From Pristiophorus japonicus (lineage: Eukaryota), in contig NC_091985.1 of the NCBI RefSeq assembly GCF_044704955.1, positions 115,320,001-115,384,000 on the forward strand: DNA of 64,000 nucleotides, given 5' to 3'. The position numbers and the translations under genes were made by a program. The notes under the pieces are model-generated. The model made no database searches. It was not told the origin of the DNA and saw only the letters and a program-made list of their open reading frames with translations. Shown here in pieces: positions 10,775 through 23,147 of the stretch; position 1 is the stretch's first letter; every line of letters begins with the position of its first letter.

Positions 10775-13700
10775 TTCCCTCTCCCCCCTCCGATCCCCTC
10801 GTCTGCTTCCCTCTGTCTCTCCCCCAGTCTCTCTCACTCTCCCTCCAAATCTCTCTCACTTTCCCCAGTTTCTCTCACTCTCCTGTCCCCTCACAATTTC
10901 TCTCTCTCTCTTCCCCACAGCCTCGCTCTCTCTCACTCTTCGCCCAGTTTCTCTCCCTCTCTCCCCCCCAGTCTCTCTCCTCCCCCCGCACAGTCTCTCA
11001 CTCTCTCTTCCCGCCCCCTCCCCACACTCTCTTTCTCCTCCCTCGCCCCCCAGTCTCCCTCACCCATCCCAGAATCTCTTCCCCCGATAGACTCTCCTGC
11101 CCCCCCCCCCACAGTTTCACTCTCTCTCCCCCACAGCCTCGCTCTCTCTCACTCTCTCCCAGTCGCTCTCTCTCTCTCTCCCCCCAGTCTCTCTCTCTCC
11201 CCCAGTCTCTCTCTCTCTCTCCCCCCAGTCTCTCTCTCTCCCCCCTCAGTCTCTCTCTCTCTCCCCCCGCACCCCCCAGCCCCGCAGTCTCTCTCTCCCG
11301 CCCCCACACACAGTCTCTCTCTCTCTCTCTCTCACCCATCCTAGTCTCTTCCCCCCCCCTCAAAATCTCTCTCATGCTACCCCCAATCTCTCTCACTCTC
11401 CTCCTAGTCTCTCCCCCTCCCCCCAGTCTCTCTCCCTCCCCTGTCTCACTCTCTCTCCCTCCCTCCATATGCTCTCTCTCTCCTGCCCCAGGGTCTCTCT
11501 CTCTCACTCACACCACACCCCCCCCACCACAGTCTCCCTCTCTCTCCCATCCAGTCTCTCTCTTCCACCCCACCCCTACAGTCACTCTATCATGCTCCCG
11601 TCCCCACAGTCTCTCACTCCCACCACCCCATCCCCACACAGTCTCTCTCTCTCTCTCTCCCCCAGTCTCTCTCTCACCGCCCCCAGTCTCTCTCTCTTCG
11701 CCTCCAGTCTCTCGCTCTCTGCCCCAGTCTCTCTCTCTCTCTCTGCCCCATTCGCTCTCTCTCTACCCCAGTCTCTCTCGCTCTGCCCCAGTCTCTCTCT
11801 CTCTGCCCCAGTCTCTCTCTCTCTCTGCCCCCAGTCTCTCTCTCTCTCTGCCCCCAGTCTCTCTCTCTCTCTGCCCCCAGTCTCTCTCTCTCTCTCTCTG
11901 CCCTCAGTCTCTCTCTCTCTCTCTCTGCCCTCAGTCTCTCTCTCTCTCTCTCTGCCCTCAGTCTCTCTCTCTCTTTCTGCCCCCAGTCTCTCTCTCTCTC
12001 TGCCCTCAGTCTCTCTCTCTCTCTGCCCTCAGTCTCTCTCTCTCTCTCTGCCCTCAGTCTCTCTCTCTCTTCCCAGTCTCTCTCTCTTTCCGCCCCCAGT
12101 CTCTCTCTTGCTCTCTCCTGCCACAGTCTCTCTCTCTCCCCCACCCCCCACAGTCTCTCTCTCTCTCTCTCCCCGCGAGTCTCTCTCACCCATCCCAGTC
12201 TCTTCCTTCCCACCGCCCCCCCCCGGCCCCGCAGTCTCACGCTACCCCCATTCTCTCTCACTCTCCCCCTAGTCTGGCTCGCTCCTTCCCCAGTCTCACT
12301 CTTTACCCCTCCCCCCTATGCTCTCTCTCTCCTGCCCCATGGTCTCTCTCTCACACACACTCCCCAGTCCCTCTCACTGCCCCCCCCCCACGACTGTCTC
12401 CCTCTCTCTCCCATCCAGTCTTCTCTCTCTCTCTTCCACCCCACCCCGCATTCTCTGTGTCTCCCTCCTCTCCAGTCCCTCTCTTTCTCTCCCGTCCCTC
12501 TCTTTCTCTCCAGTCTCTCTCACCCCCCTCCCCCCACTACAGTGTCTCTCGCTCTCTCCCCTGCCCCCAACCAGTCTCTCTTGCTCTCCCCCATAGTCTC
12601 TCACTCTCTATCTCAATCTTCCCCAGTATCTCTCCCCACAGTCTCTCTTTCCCCTCCCCCACCCGAGGACTCTCCCCCAATCTCTCTCTCCCCCCCCAGT
12701 TCTCGCTCTCTCTCTCTCTCTCCTCCCCACAATCTCTCTCTCTCCTCCCACCCCCCAGTCTCTCTCTCCCCCCCAACTGAGTCTCTCTCCCCCAGTCTCT
12801 CTCTTTCCGCCATTCTCTCTCTCCTTCTCTCCCCCCCACAGTGTCTCTCTGCCCCCCCAGTCTCTCTCACTCTCACACACCCCCAACCCCACAGTCTTTC
12901 TTTCTCTCTCTCTCACTCTCCCCAATCTCTCAGTCTCCCCCTTCCCGACCCAGTCCTTCTCTCTCTCTCCCCTCCACAATCTCTCTCGCTCCCCCGTAGC
13001 ATCTCTCTCTCACCTGTCCCAGTCTCTCTCTCCCCCCACAGTCTCACGTTACCCCAATCTCTCTCACTCTCCCCCTAGTATCTATCTCTCCCTCCCCAGT
13101 CTCACTCTCCCACGCTCCCGCCACACACAGTCTCTCTCTCACCTTCCTCCCCCCCCTGCACAATCTCTCTCACGCTACCCCCAATCTCTCTCTCACTCTC
13201 CCTCTAGTCTCTCTCCCTCCCATCTCACTCTCCCATCCTCCCCCACAGTCTCTCACTCTGTCACTCTACTCTGTCTCTCTCACTCTCCCCCACCCCACCC
13301 CCCCACCCACTGCAGTCTCCCTCTTTCTCCCATCCAGTCCCTTTCACTCTCCCATCCAGTCTTTGTCTCCCAACCCCACGTACTCTCCCCCACAGTCTCT
13401 CACACCCCCCAAGTCTCTCGCACTCTCTCCCACAGTCTCTCTCTCTCTCTCTCACCCCTCCACCCCCCCCCCTCACAGTCACTCTCTCACTCTCTCCCTA
13501 GTTTATCTCTCTCCCCCCCACAATCTCGCTTTCTCCCTCCCCCGCAATCTCTCTCCCTCCTCCCACAGTCTCTCTCTCTCTCCCCTCACAGTCTCTCTCT
13601 CTCTCTCTCCCCTCACAGTCCCTCTTTCCCCTCACATTCTCTCTCTCTCCCTCCCCAATGTCTCTCTCCTTCCCCGGTCACTTATTTCTCCCCCCCCACC

Positions 13701-16068
13701 CCAGTCTCTCTCGCTCTCTTCCCCCCCCCCCCCCGCCATCTCTCTCCCACTCCCCTCCCAGTCTCTCTCACTCTCCCCCCCCACCCCACCCCACCAATCA
13801 CCCTCGCTCACCCCCACACAGACTCTCTCTTGCCCCACAGTCTCCTACCCCCTACAGTCTCTCTCTCTCTCCCTCTCCCACGCCCCCAACCCCACAATCT
13901 CTCTCTCTCACTTTCCCCCCTCTCCACAGTCTCTCTCTCTCTCCCCCCCCAAAGTCTCTCTCCCCCTCCACCCAGTCTCTCTCTCCCCCCACCCAGTCCC
14001 TCTCTCTCTCTCTCTCCCCCACAGTCACTCTTTCCTCCCCCCGCTGTCTCTCCCTATCCCTCCCCAGTCCCACTCGCTCCCCCTCACAGTCTATCTCTCT
14101 CTCTCTCTCACTTTCTCTCCCCCATCTCTCCCTCTCCCTCACCTAGTCCCTCTCTCTCTCCCCCAACGTCCATCATTCCCCTCCCCCCCCCCTCGCCCCC
14201 AGTCACTCTTGCTCCCAGCCCCCCGGCTCTGTCTCTCCCACTCCCCCTCCCAGACTCTCTCATTCTCCCCCCCCCCCCACTAGTCACCCTCTCTCAACCC
14301 CCATAAAGACTCTCTCTCTCCCCCCACACCAGACTCTCCTCCCCCCCGCCAGTCTCCTACCCCAGTCCCCTCTTTCCCCCCAGTCCCTCTTTCCCCCCAC
14401 CCCGCCAGTCCGTCTCGCTCTCCCCAGTCTCTCTCTCCCTCCCCAGTCTCTCTCTCTCCCTCTGCAGTCTCTCTCTCTCTCCCTCCGCAGTCTCTCCCTA
14501 CCCCCCTCACTCTCCCTCTCCCTCTCCCCCAGTCTCACACTCTCTCTCCCCTAGTCTCTCAACCCACCAACACAGTCTCCCTCTCCTCCCCAAGTCTATC
14601 CCCTATCCCGCTCTCCCTCCCCCCCCCGCCCAGTCACTCTCTCACTCCCCTCCCCAGTCTCTCTCCTGCCCCCACGCCGCAGCCTCTCGCTCTCCGTTCA
14701 AGTCTCTCACTCTCCCCCCTACAGTCTCTCTCTCACACAGTCTTCCCCAGTCTCTCTCTCTCTCTCACTTCCTCCCAGTCTCTCTCTCTCCCCCACAGTC
14801 TCTCTCTCTCTCTCTCTCTCCCTCCACCCCACAGTCTCTCTCCCTCCCCCTCCCCCCACAGTCTCTCTCTCTCCCCTCCCCACCCCACAGTCTCTCTCTC
14901 AACCCCCCACCCCACAGTGGCTCTCTCTCCCCCCACCCCAGTCTCTCTCTCTCTCTCCCCCCCACCACAGTCTCTTTCTCTGATACTATCTCTCTCTCCG
15001 ATCCAGTGTCTCTCACTCTCCCCCCAGTCGCTCACTCTCTCTCCCCAGTCACACTCTCTTCCCTACAGTCTCTCTCTCGCTCACCCCCAGTCTATCCTGC
15101 TCCCGCCCCCCCCCACCCTGCCAATCTCTCTCTCCTCCCCGCCCCAGTCTCTTATCTCTCTCTCCCTGCCCCCACATTCTCTCCCCTAGTCTCTATTTCT
15201 CTCCCAGTCTCTCTCTCTTTCCCCAATTTACGTGTCCCCCCTCTCTCTCCTCCCTCGTCTCTCATTGCGCCCCCACCACAGTCTCTCATTCCCAAGTCTA
15301 TCCCACTCTCTCCCCCCTCAATCTATCTCTCTCCCTCCCCAGTCTCTCTCTCTCTCTCCCTCCCCCCTCCCTCCCTGGTCTTACTCTCTCTTTGCACCAG
15401 TCTCTCTCTCCCTCCCTCCCTCGTCTCTCTCTCCCTCCGCAGTCTCTCTCTCTGTCCCCAGTCCCTCTCTCTCTTCCCTCCCCCCCCCACAGTCTCTCTC
15501 TCTACTGCCGCCCCCCCCACAGTCCCTCTCTCTACTCCCCCCCGCCCAATTTCTCTCACTCCCCATCTCTCTCTCTCCCCCACTCCCCCTCCCAGTCTCT
15601 CATTCTCCCCCCACCACAGTCATCCTCTCTCACCTCCACACAATCTCTCTGTCTGTCCCCACATTCTCCTATCCCCAGTCTCTCTTGCTCCCCCCAGTCT
15701 CTCTCTCCCCCCCAGCCTCTCTCACTCTCCACCCACCCCCGCCACTACACTGTCTCTCGTTCTCTCCCCTGCCCCCACCCACTCTCTCTCTCTCTCCCCC
15801 ACAGTCACTCTTTTTCTCTCACAGTCTTCCCCGGTCTGTCTGTCTGTCTCTCTCTCTCTCTCTGTCCCCCTAGTCTCTCTCTCTCCCCCGCCCCCCCCCC
15901 CATGAGACTCTCTCCCCCTGTCCCTCTCTCTCCCCAGTTCTCTCTCCCCAACCCCATAGTCTCTCTCTCAGACTTCCCCCACCCCAGTCTCCCTGCACCC
16001 CCCCCCCTCAGTCTCTCTGCTCCCCCCACCCTAGTCTCTCTGTCCCCCTCATAGTCTCTCTAGTCTCA
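10775..16068. repeat. 5.3 kb polypyrimidine/polypurine low-complexity tract, core CCCC(A)CAGTCTCTCTCT
   Basis: Almost only C/T on +, punctuated by CAGT. More regular (CT)nGCCCTCAGT units around 11720-12060. Confidence 0.95.
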
Positions 16069-17748
16069 ATTCTTGCATATATCCAATTCAGTTTCAGATT
16101 GTGCACCTAGAGTGGGGAAAAAGTTAACACCTTTTGACATTTTAAGTTACAGACACTGATGTGGATTTGCTTTGACTGGAGCAGCATGTGCAGCTATAAA
16201 ACAGAGGCAGCTTGTTTTAAAATAGATAAGTAACCTTCAAGTTACAGTTACCATGGTGTCTGATATAAAATGAATCTGAACTTTTCAAAATATTTTGTTT
16301 TAATTTGATTACAGTAAGAAAATGCTATTGCCTTATCTAGTTTAAATTAAAATGTGTGGTCCCAGTTTAAATCAATTTGAATGTTTACAAAGCACTGTCA
16401 TCTTAATTCGGTTACTGAAAGTCCAAAACCCCCACTCTTTTAGTTTTTGATAAGTGGAAAGTAATCAGAAATTGTAAATTGGACTGAAGGAGCGAAAAAG
16501 ATAAATTGGAAATGAAATCAAGTGAGGAGAAAGGAAGAGATTCTGTCCCTTTTCTACTTTCAATGTTGTGTCTCTTTAAAAAGCCTGTCTGAATGTTTCA
16601 GAGCTACAAGCTGAGTGAAGATATGTCCTCTATTTCCTTTCATGAAGAATGTTAATGATTTTTCTTTAAATGTGCAGACTAATTTTTCTGCAGTTATATT
16701 CAGTACTTTTACAGTCATTTGGAAAGGCACCTGAATAACAAAGCAAAAAATGTAGTAATTGACTTGTTTTTTTGTAAGCATGTGCAATTTTGTTTTATTT
16801 TATTTCTTCTGTATTGTGTTTAGGTAATAAAATATTGATCTGAATTCATTTCAAATTATTGAGGCTAACCTATTAAATTGTGAAAATCTGACTCAGTGAG
16901 ATTCTGGTGATCCAGCCATTTTAAGAATTTATCAGCAGACATCAAATGTCACAGCATGCTGACCTTTTGGACTAAAGGCTTTGCTTTTCAAAAACTCAGA
17001 CTCAGACTTAACCCATTCAGGGTCATTTTTCTCTATCTCTAGAGCGTGATTGAGGAGGGGAGATATGGAAGTTAACTTGCAAACTAATTGCGAGCATGTC
17101 TGTCTCTAATTGAACATTGACAAAACTTGCAATACTGCTATTTGGAGTTTGGATAATTTTGAACCAATCAAATGGACTTGGCACGATATATCGGGCTATT
17201 TTTGGAAATTAAATGTAGCCTAACCTCTCTATGAGACAGTAACACTGATGGAAAAACTCTGCATCACAAATCAAATCCTAGAATATGAAATCCTCCAAAT
17301 CAGCAGGAATAATGTGTTTGTAAAGTGCTGAACCAGACTGGGAAGGGAACTGTGGGGAGACGGAATAGGGGCTGGCACTGAAATGGAAGGAGACGGATCG
17401 ACTTGTTGGGGTGGGAGGGAATCTCCTGTTGAGTTTCTACCCTGGGCATATTACACTAGTTTTATAAGCATGTTTATTCAAGCATCATTGTGCATTGTGA
17501 ATCAGTTACATAATAATAATACAAACTTAAGACTATAACTAATAATACTTATTTCATTTAGTCCAGTTAGTTAGTGGGGGGATTTAAAAATGAAGATTTG
17601 CCCCTTTCTTACACTCCTTCTTAAAGGGACAGTCTACCGAAATGGGCGCACTATATTAAAAAAAGGCCTACCTCATAGTGCAGAATGCTACAGCATCTCA
17701 GCAGGGTACCCAGACATTAGCATTTCTAAGCATCCTGAGTGGACACAT

Positions 17749-18139
17749 GGGGCCCAAGTTCCCACATGATTTGCAACTGATTTTTAGGAGCAACTGGTGG
17801 AGAACGGACTATCTTGGAAATCGCAATTCTCCACATTTTTTTTTCTGCAGAATTTTTTCTTCAAAAGGGGGCGTGTCCGGCCACTGATGCCTGATTTCAA
17901 AGTTTCCACAGTGAAAACGTACTCCAAACTAAGTTAGAATGGAGCGAGTGAAGATTTTTGTAGAACTGAAAAAACCTGTTCTACACATAAAAAAATCAGG
18001 CGCAGGTTACAAATTAGGCGTCCAGAACGAGGTGGGGGGGGGGGGAAGGGAAGTCATTAAATTCTACAATAAATCCTTATTTATACTTCTACAAATATTA
18101 TACAAATAAATCCAACCTGAATAAACATTTATAAGCAAA
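17749..18139. mobile_element. Probable non-autonomous DNA transposon end (Harbinger-like), cut by assembly gap
   Basis: Starts abruptly with GGGGCCCAAGTT, similar in style to the GGGC.. termini of the Harbingers in this window. The second terminus is not visible. Confidence 0.4.
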
Positions 18140-18339
18140 NNNNNNNNNNNNNNNNNNNNNNNNNNNNNNNNNNNNNNNNNNNNNNNNNNNNNNNNNNNNN
18201 NNNNNNNNNNNNNNNNNNNNNNNNNNNNNNNNNNNNNNNNNNNNNNNNNNNNNNNNNNNNNNNNNNNNNNNNNNNNNNNNNNNNNNNNNNNNNNNNNNNN
18301 NNNNNNNNNNNNNNNNNNNNNNNNNNNNNNNNNNNNNNN
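18140..18339. other. Assembly gap (200 N)
   Basis: Run of 200 N, a round-number scaffolding gap. Confidence 1.
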
Positions 18340-19033
18340 GGGAGGAGAGAGACCGGGAGGGGAGGAGACAGACAGAGTGACAGAGCAGAGAGCTCCACCT
18401 CCCAGCTCATTCTCCACTTCCAGTTTTCTCCAACCGCCAATTTCAAACCGTTTTTCTTCAGTAGAACCGAAACTCAGCTCTCCGCTAACTGCAATGCATC
18501 ACCCCCGAAACCAAATTTTAATTTGATCTATTAAGATTCCTTTAATTTGGTTAATTTATAGTTTTATCGGTTGAGGCCCTTTCAGGGGGCACAGGGCTGA
18601 CGTTTCATTGACAATTAACCTAAATGAAAGAGTCAGCGCTCCACACAAACCCTTACAGACTCGGGCTTCATATTCCAGGATTTCCAGAAACCGGAGTTTG
18701 TAAATAAGGTCCTGCTACAATGAAGAGTCAGTAATATTCCCGCCTAAGTGCAGTCCCTTCTGTAACAAGTCGAGCCGGTTCCTTCTATTTCAGTGGCAGC
18801 CCCTATTCCATCTCCCCACACTTCCCGTCCCAGCAGTTTAGTGACACCTTACACACCCAACATGTCCCCAGGTCCTGTGAGGCCCGGCCCAGATCCCATT
18901 GTGTTTTAGTGCAGACAGTGGGGGAGGGTGCAGCCGATGTCAGCGAGTCACCAGGGATCCTGGTTTTATTGGGAATTATTCCTATCTGAAGTCTGGGCCA
19001 GGCACCGAGACAGGAATCATGTGATTCCGGGAT

Positions 19034-19074
19034 CAGCTCTTTTCTGAGAGACGTGGGTGGCTCTGAAAAGAGCC
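19034..19074 (-). terminator. Histone mRNA 3' stem-loop and U7-binding HDE (H1 copy A)
   Basis: Minus strand GGCTCTTTTCAGAGCC (19059-19074) followed by ACCCA and AAAAGAGCTG (19034-19043). Confidence 0.95.
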
Positions 19075-19110
19075 GTTGGGTTCAGATGTTTACAAGTTGC
19101 ACTTGATATT

Positions 19111-19791
19111 TTACTGCGTTTTGGGCGCTGCCTTCTTTGGCTTTGTTGATTTGGGCTTGGCCGCCTTGGGGGTTTTGGGCTTCTTCACAGGAGACTTTTT
19201 CTTAAGGGCTGACGATCTCACCGACTTATTCGGCGCCTGCGCCTTCTTGGTGCCGGCTTTCTTGGCCGCTGGTTTCTTTGTTACAACTTTCTTGGCTGCT
19301 GGTTTCTTCGTTGCGACTTTCTTGGCCGCTGGCTTCTTCGTTGCGACTTTCTTGGCCGCTGGCTTCTTCGTTGCGACTTTCTTGGCCGCTGGCTTCTTCG
19401 TTGCGACTTTCTTGGCTGCTGGTTTCTTGGCTGGAGATTTCTTGGCCGTTGGTTTCTTGGCCTTTACCACTTTTTGTTTGACGATTTTGACGGAGCCGGA
19501 GGCGCCTTTGCCCACGGTGTGCACCAGGATCCCGTTTTCCACACACCTCTTGATACTCCTCTTGATCTGGGACCGGTACTTGGTCATATCCAGGCCGCTG
19601 TTAGTCAGAGCCTTCTTTACCGCGATCATGGACATCCCCTTGCGATCGATGCAACCCCCCACAATCTTGACGATCTGATCGCTCAACTTGGGGCGGGTTG
19701 TCTTGGGCCGTCGAGCAATCTTCTTCTTGGGAGCCTTGGTTTGAACGGCGGCGGCAGGAGGAGCCGTTTCGGCGGCGGCAGTGTCCGTCAT
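19111..19791 (-). CDS. H1: Linker histone H1-like, 226 aa, copy A
   Basis: Starts MTDTAAAETAPP. Winged-helix core (KGMSMIAVKKAL, GKGASGSVKI) and K/A/P-rich tail. Intronless, with stem-loop/HDE. Start set at the ATG at 19791, downstream of the TATA-like element. Confidence 0.93.
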   Translation of the reverse strand: MTDTAAAETAPPAAAVQTKAPKKKIARRPKTTRPKLSDQIVKIVGGCIDRKGMSMIAVKKALTNSGLDMTKYRSQIKRSIKRCVENGILVHTVGKGASGSVKIVKQKVVKAKKPTAKKSPAKKPAAKKVATKKPAAKKVATKKPAAKKVATKKPAAKKVATKKPAAKKVVTKKPAAKKAGTKKAQAPNKSVRSSALKKKSPVKKPKTPKAAKPKSTKPKKAAPKTQ

Positions 19792-19867
19792 GTCGGGAAC
19801 TGTGTCGAAAATCTCTCTGACAGTCAGAACTGGGTCAGAAATGAATCCAGAGGTGGCGGCACAGAGC

Positions 19868-19942
19868 AATTTAAAGGCAGCGAGCGGACGGGGCGGAGAC
19901 ATCCTGCTGTCAGCTCTCGGCCCCTGCAGCATTTCTGTGTTT
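19868..19942 (-). promoter_or_regulatory. H1 promoter: H1 (AC) box, GC box, TATA-like element
   Basis: Minus strand AAACACA (19936-19942), CCGCCC (~19891-19896), TTTAAAT (~19869-19875). Confidence 0.7.
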
Positions 19943-20549
19943 CTCTCTCCCACAAACTCTCCCATACCAATGAAAATCGGTCACTCCACGATCCCAGTCT
20001 AGATCCTTCCTCATTCTAAGACCACAATGTTTGCTGTCGAAAAACTTCCAGCCGAATTCAAGACCCCAGTCCCGATTTAAACCCCTTTCAATGCTGCACT
20101 GATCGCGCTCTCTCAGCCGATCGCTGGCATGGTCTCTGGTTTTCGACTGAAATCTTGACATGAACTCAAACATTACCTTAAATTCCCACTTCGGGGCTGA
20201 GCAGGGGCACGGGGCGATCCTATGACTGGGAAATCATTTTATTTTAGACAAGAGGCACTCGGAAATCGGGCGATGAGTCGGGACACACAAACACAGTGAC
20301 ATTGGACACAGCCGCCCGCCCCTTTAGCACACTCTCTCTGACATTCCGGACATTCACAGGACTAACTGTTCCCCAGATTTACAGTTCCCAGGACAGGCTT
20401 TCCTCTCCGCTCGGCCTGTGCTGCGGATTCACGGGGGTTAGTTGTAGTTTCCCAGCTCAGTAACTGTTAAACATTCTTAGGCCGGCGCTCCTCACAGAGT
20501 CTGTTCCCCAGATTCAGGGGCAGGAGCCAATCACAGCTCTGGCTGTGTT

Positions 20550-22310
20550 AATCATAGAATCATAGACATTTACAGCACGGAAGGAGACCATTTCGGCCCA
20601 TCGTGTCCCTGCCTGCCAACAAAGAGCTATCCAGCCTAATCCCACTTTCCACCTCGTGGTCCGTAGCCTTGCAGGTTACGGCACTTCAAGTGCATATCCA
20701 AGTCCATCTTAAATGTGACGAGGTTTTCTGCCTCTACCATCCTTTCAGGCAGTGAGTTCCAGATCCCCACCACCCTCTGGGTGAAAACAATTTCCCTCAA
20801 ATTCCCTCTAAACCTCCTACCAGTTACTTTAAATCAATATCCCCTGGTTGTTGACCCCTCTGTGAAGGGAACTAGGTCCTTCCTATCCACTCTATCTAAG
20901 CCCCTCATAAATCTTTACACCTTAATTAAGTCTCCCCGCAGTCTACTCTGTTCCAAGGAAAACTACCCAGCCTATCCAATCTTTCATCATGACTAAAATT
21001 CTCCAGTCCAGGCAACATCCTTGTACATCTCCTCTATACCCTCTCTGGTGCAATCACTTCTTTCCTGTAATGTGGTGACCAGAACTGCATGCAGTACACT
21101 AGCTGTGGCCTGACTAATGTTTTATACTGTTCAAGCATAACCACCCTGCTCTTGTATTCTATGCCCCTGCTGATAAAGGCAAGTATTCCGTATGCCTTCT
21201 GAATCATATTTTCTACCTGTCCTGCTACCTTCAAGGATCTGTGGACATGCACTCCAAGGTCCCTCTGTTCCTCTACACTTCTTAGTGCCCTACCATTTAT
21301 TGTGTATTCCCTCGCTTTGTTAGCATCCTCCCCTCACCCCCCGCCCACATGCATTATCTCATACTTCTGTGGATTGAATTCCATTTGCCACTGTTCTGTC
21401 CACCTGACCAGTTCATTGATATCTTCCTGCACTCTGCAGCTTTTTTCTTCATTATCAACCACATGGCCAATTTTTGTATCATCTGCAAACTTCTTAATCA
21501 TACCCCCTACATTCAAATCTAAATCATTGATATATACCACAAAAAGCAAGAGTCCTGCGGAGCTGCACTGCAAACAGCTTATACTTCCTGCCTCTGAGTC
21601 CATTGTTATCCAACTTGGCACTTTGCCTTGGATCCCCTAGGCTTTTACTTTTGTGACCAGTCTGCCATGTGGGATCATATAAAAAGCCTTGCAAAAATCC
21701 ATTTTTACTACATCAAATGCACTACCGTCATCGACCCTACTTATTACCTGCTGAAAAAATTCAATCGTTAGTCTGACATGACCTTCCCCAAACAAATCCA
21801 TGCTGACTTGTCTTTGATTAATCCGTGTTTTTTTAAATGAAGGTTTATCCTGTCCCTCAGAATTTTTTCTAAATATTTTCCCACCACCAAGGTTAAGCTT
21901 ACTGGCCTGTAATTACTTGGTCTATCCCTTTCTCCCTTTGTAAACAATGGTATCACGTTAGTAGTCCTGCAGTCCTCCGGCACAACATCTGCAGCCAGAG
22001 AGGATTGGAAAATAATGGTTAGAGCCTGTGCTATTTCCTCTCTTGCTTGTCTTAATAGCCAGGGAAACATTTCATCCAGGCCTAGGGATTTATCCACTTT
22101 CAAAGGGGCTACACCTCTTAATACTTCCTCTCTCACAATGTTTAGTTCATCTAATATTTCACACTCTTCCTCCCTGATTACAATGTCTGCATCGCTCCTC
22201 TCTTTTGTGAAAACATATGCAAAGTATTCACTAAAAAACATACCCACATCTTCTGCCTCCACACACAGATTACCTTAATGGTCTTTAATAGGTCCTACTC
22301 TTTCTTTAGC
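20550..22310 (-). mobile_element. Old CR1 LINE RT/3' fragment (copy A)
   Basis: NYRPVSL, KFADD and VRPQL.YC motifs in broken minus-strand ORFs. Tail reads AATCATAGAATCATAGA on +. Confidence 0.88.
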
Positions 22311-22814
22311 ACACCGGCTTTTAAATTACTCTATTGTGCACACGCTGAAATATGTAAGGCAGACAGAATGTGAAGAACCTGCTATTTATGTGCAGTTTTC
22401 TCTCCCCAAATGAGCAGTGAACGTTCCTGGTTTACTTCCAGTCTCGCCCTGCTTGCTGTTATTGGACAGTGAGCAGTGGAAACAGATCCAGACAGTAAGG
22501 ATGTGAGGAGTTATACAAAGACCATTTATTGCAGGTGCCAGGTGATAAGTGTGAATGACACATTTTAAACAGAGGCTATTAATTTCAGTTGAACGGTTAG
22601 TCTCATGGGAGTGAAAAATAGAAATCAGATCAGTGCAAATATCCCTACTCCATGGGATAGTCCCATTCATTGAGCAGTGCAGGGGCTGGATTGTGTCTGA
22701 ATGTTCCTAAATTGCTGAAAGTCTGCCCAACACACCTGATATGCAGAGGCTCAATGCTGCAGTGGAATCAGATTCTGACACTGTATCGCTGGCTTTCCTT
22801 TGTGGTTCTTGATA

Positions 22815-22874
22815 GTGAGGGGGGGAGAGGGAAATAGAGAGAGAGAGAGAGAGGACAGAGAGAGGGAAGACAGA

Positions 22875-22912
<38 letters not shown>

Positions 22913-23145
22913 CAGACAGGGAAAGAGAGACGTGCTGATAGAGAGTGAGAAGGAAGGTCAAAGGGAGATAGAGGACAATGGAGCGAACAGAGAGGGAAAG
23001 TGTGGAAAAATGAGAGAGGGACAGTAAGAGAAAGAGGGACATGAGAGAGAGAGAGAGCAGGGGTCTGAGAGACTCTCACACACAAGGAGACAGAGGGAGA
23101 GAATGATAGAGAGTGAGATAGAGGGAGATAGTGGGACAGAGAGAT
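22815..23145. repeat. GA-rich simple repeat
   Basis: (GA)n and (GAGACA)n runs. Confidence 0.9.
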
Positions 23146-23147
23146 GT

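Larger units (their letters stand above)
18340..22755 (+). repeat. Segmental duplication copy A (matches 59548-64000)
   Basis: Colinear and near-identical, including the H1 gene and a CR1 fragment. Offset about 41.2 kb. Confidence 0.95.

Noticed and set aside
10698-16054. Many long ORFs (up to 468 aa) rich in S/L/P or R/E/G
   Set aside because: Artefacts of the stop-poor CT/GA tract; no protein-like complexity.
19245-19460. 30-bp periodic repeat as a CRISPR array
   Set aside because: No unique spacers; it is a coding tandem repeat in a eukaryotic gene.
19076-19678. 200-aa hydrophobic repeat ORF (AAGFFVATFL)n, also 60290-60922
   Set aside because: Antisense shadow of the lysine-rich H1 frame.
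19792-19965. 58-aa N-terminal extension of H1 in the ORF track (also 61036-61209)
   Set aside because: It runs through the H1 box, GC box and TATA-like element. The MTDTAAAET ATG is the plausible start.
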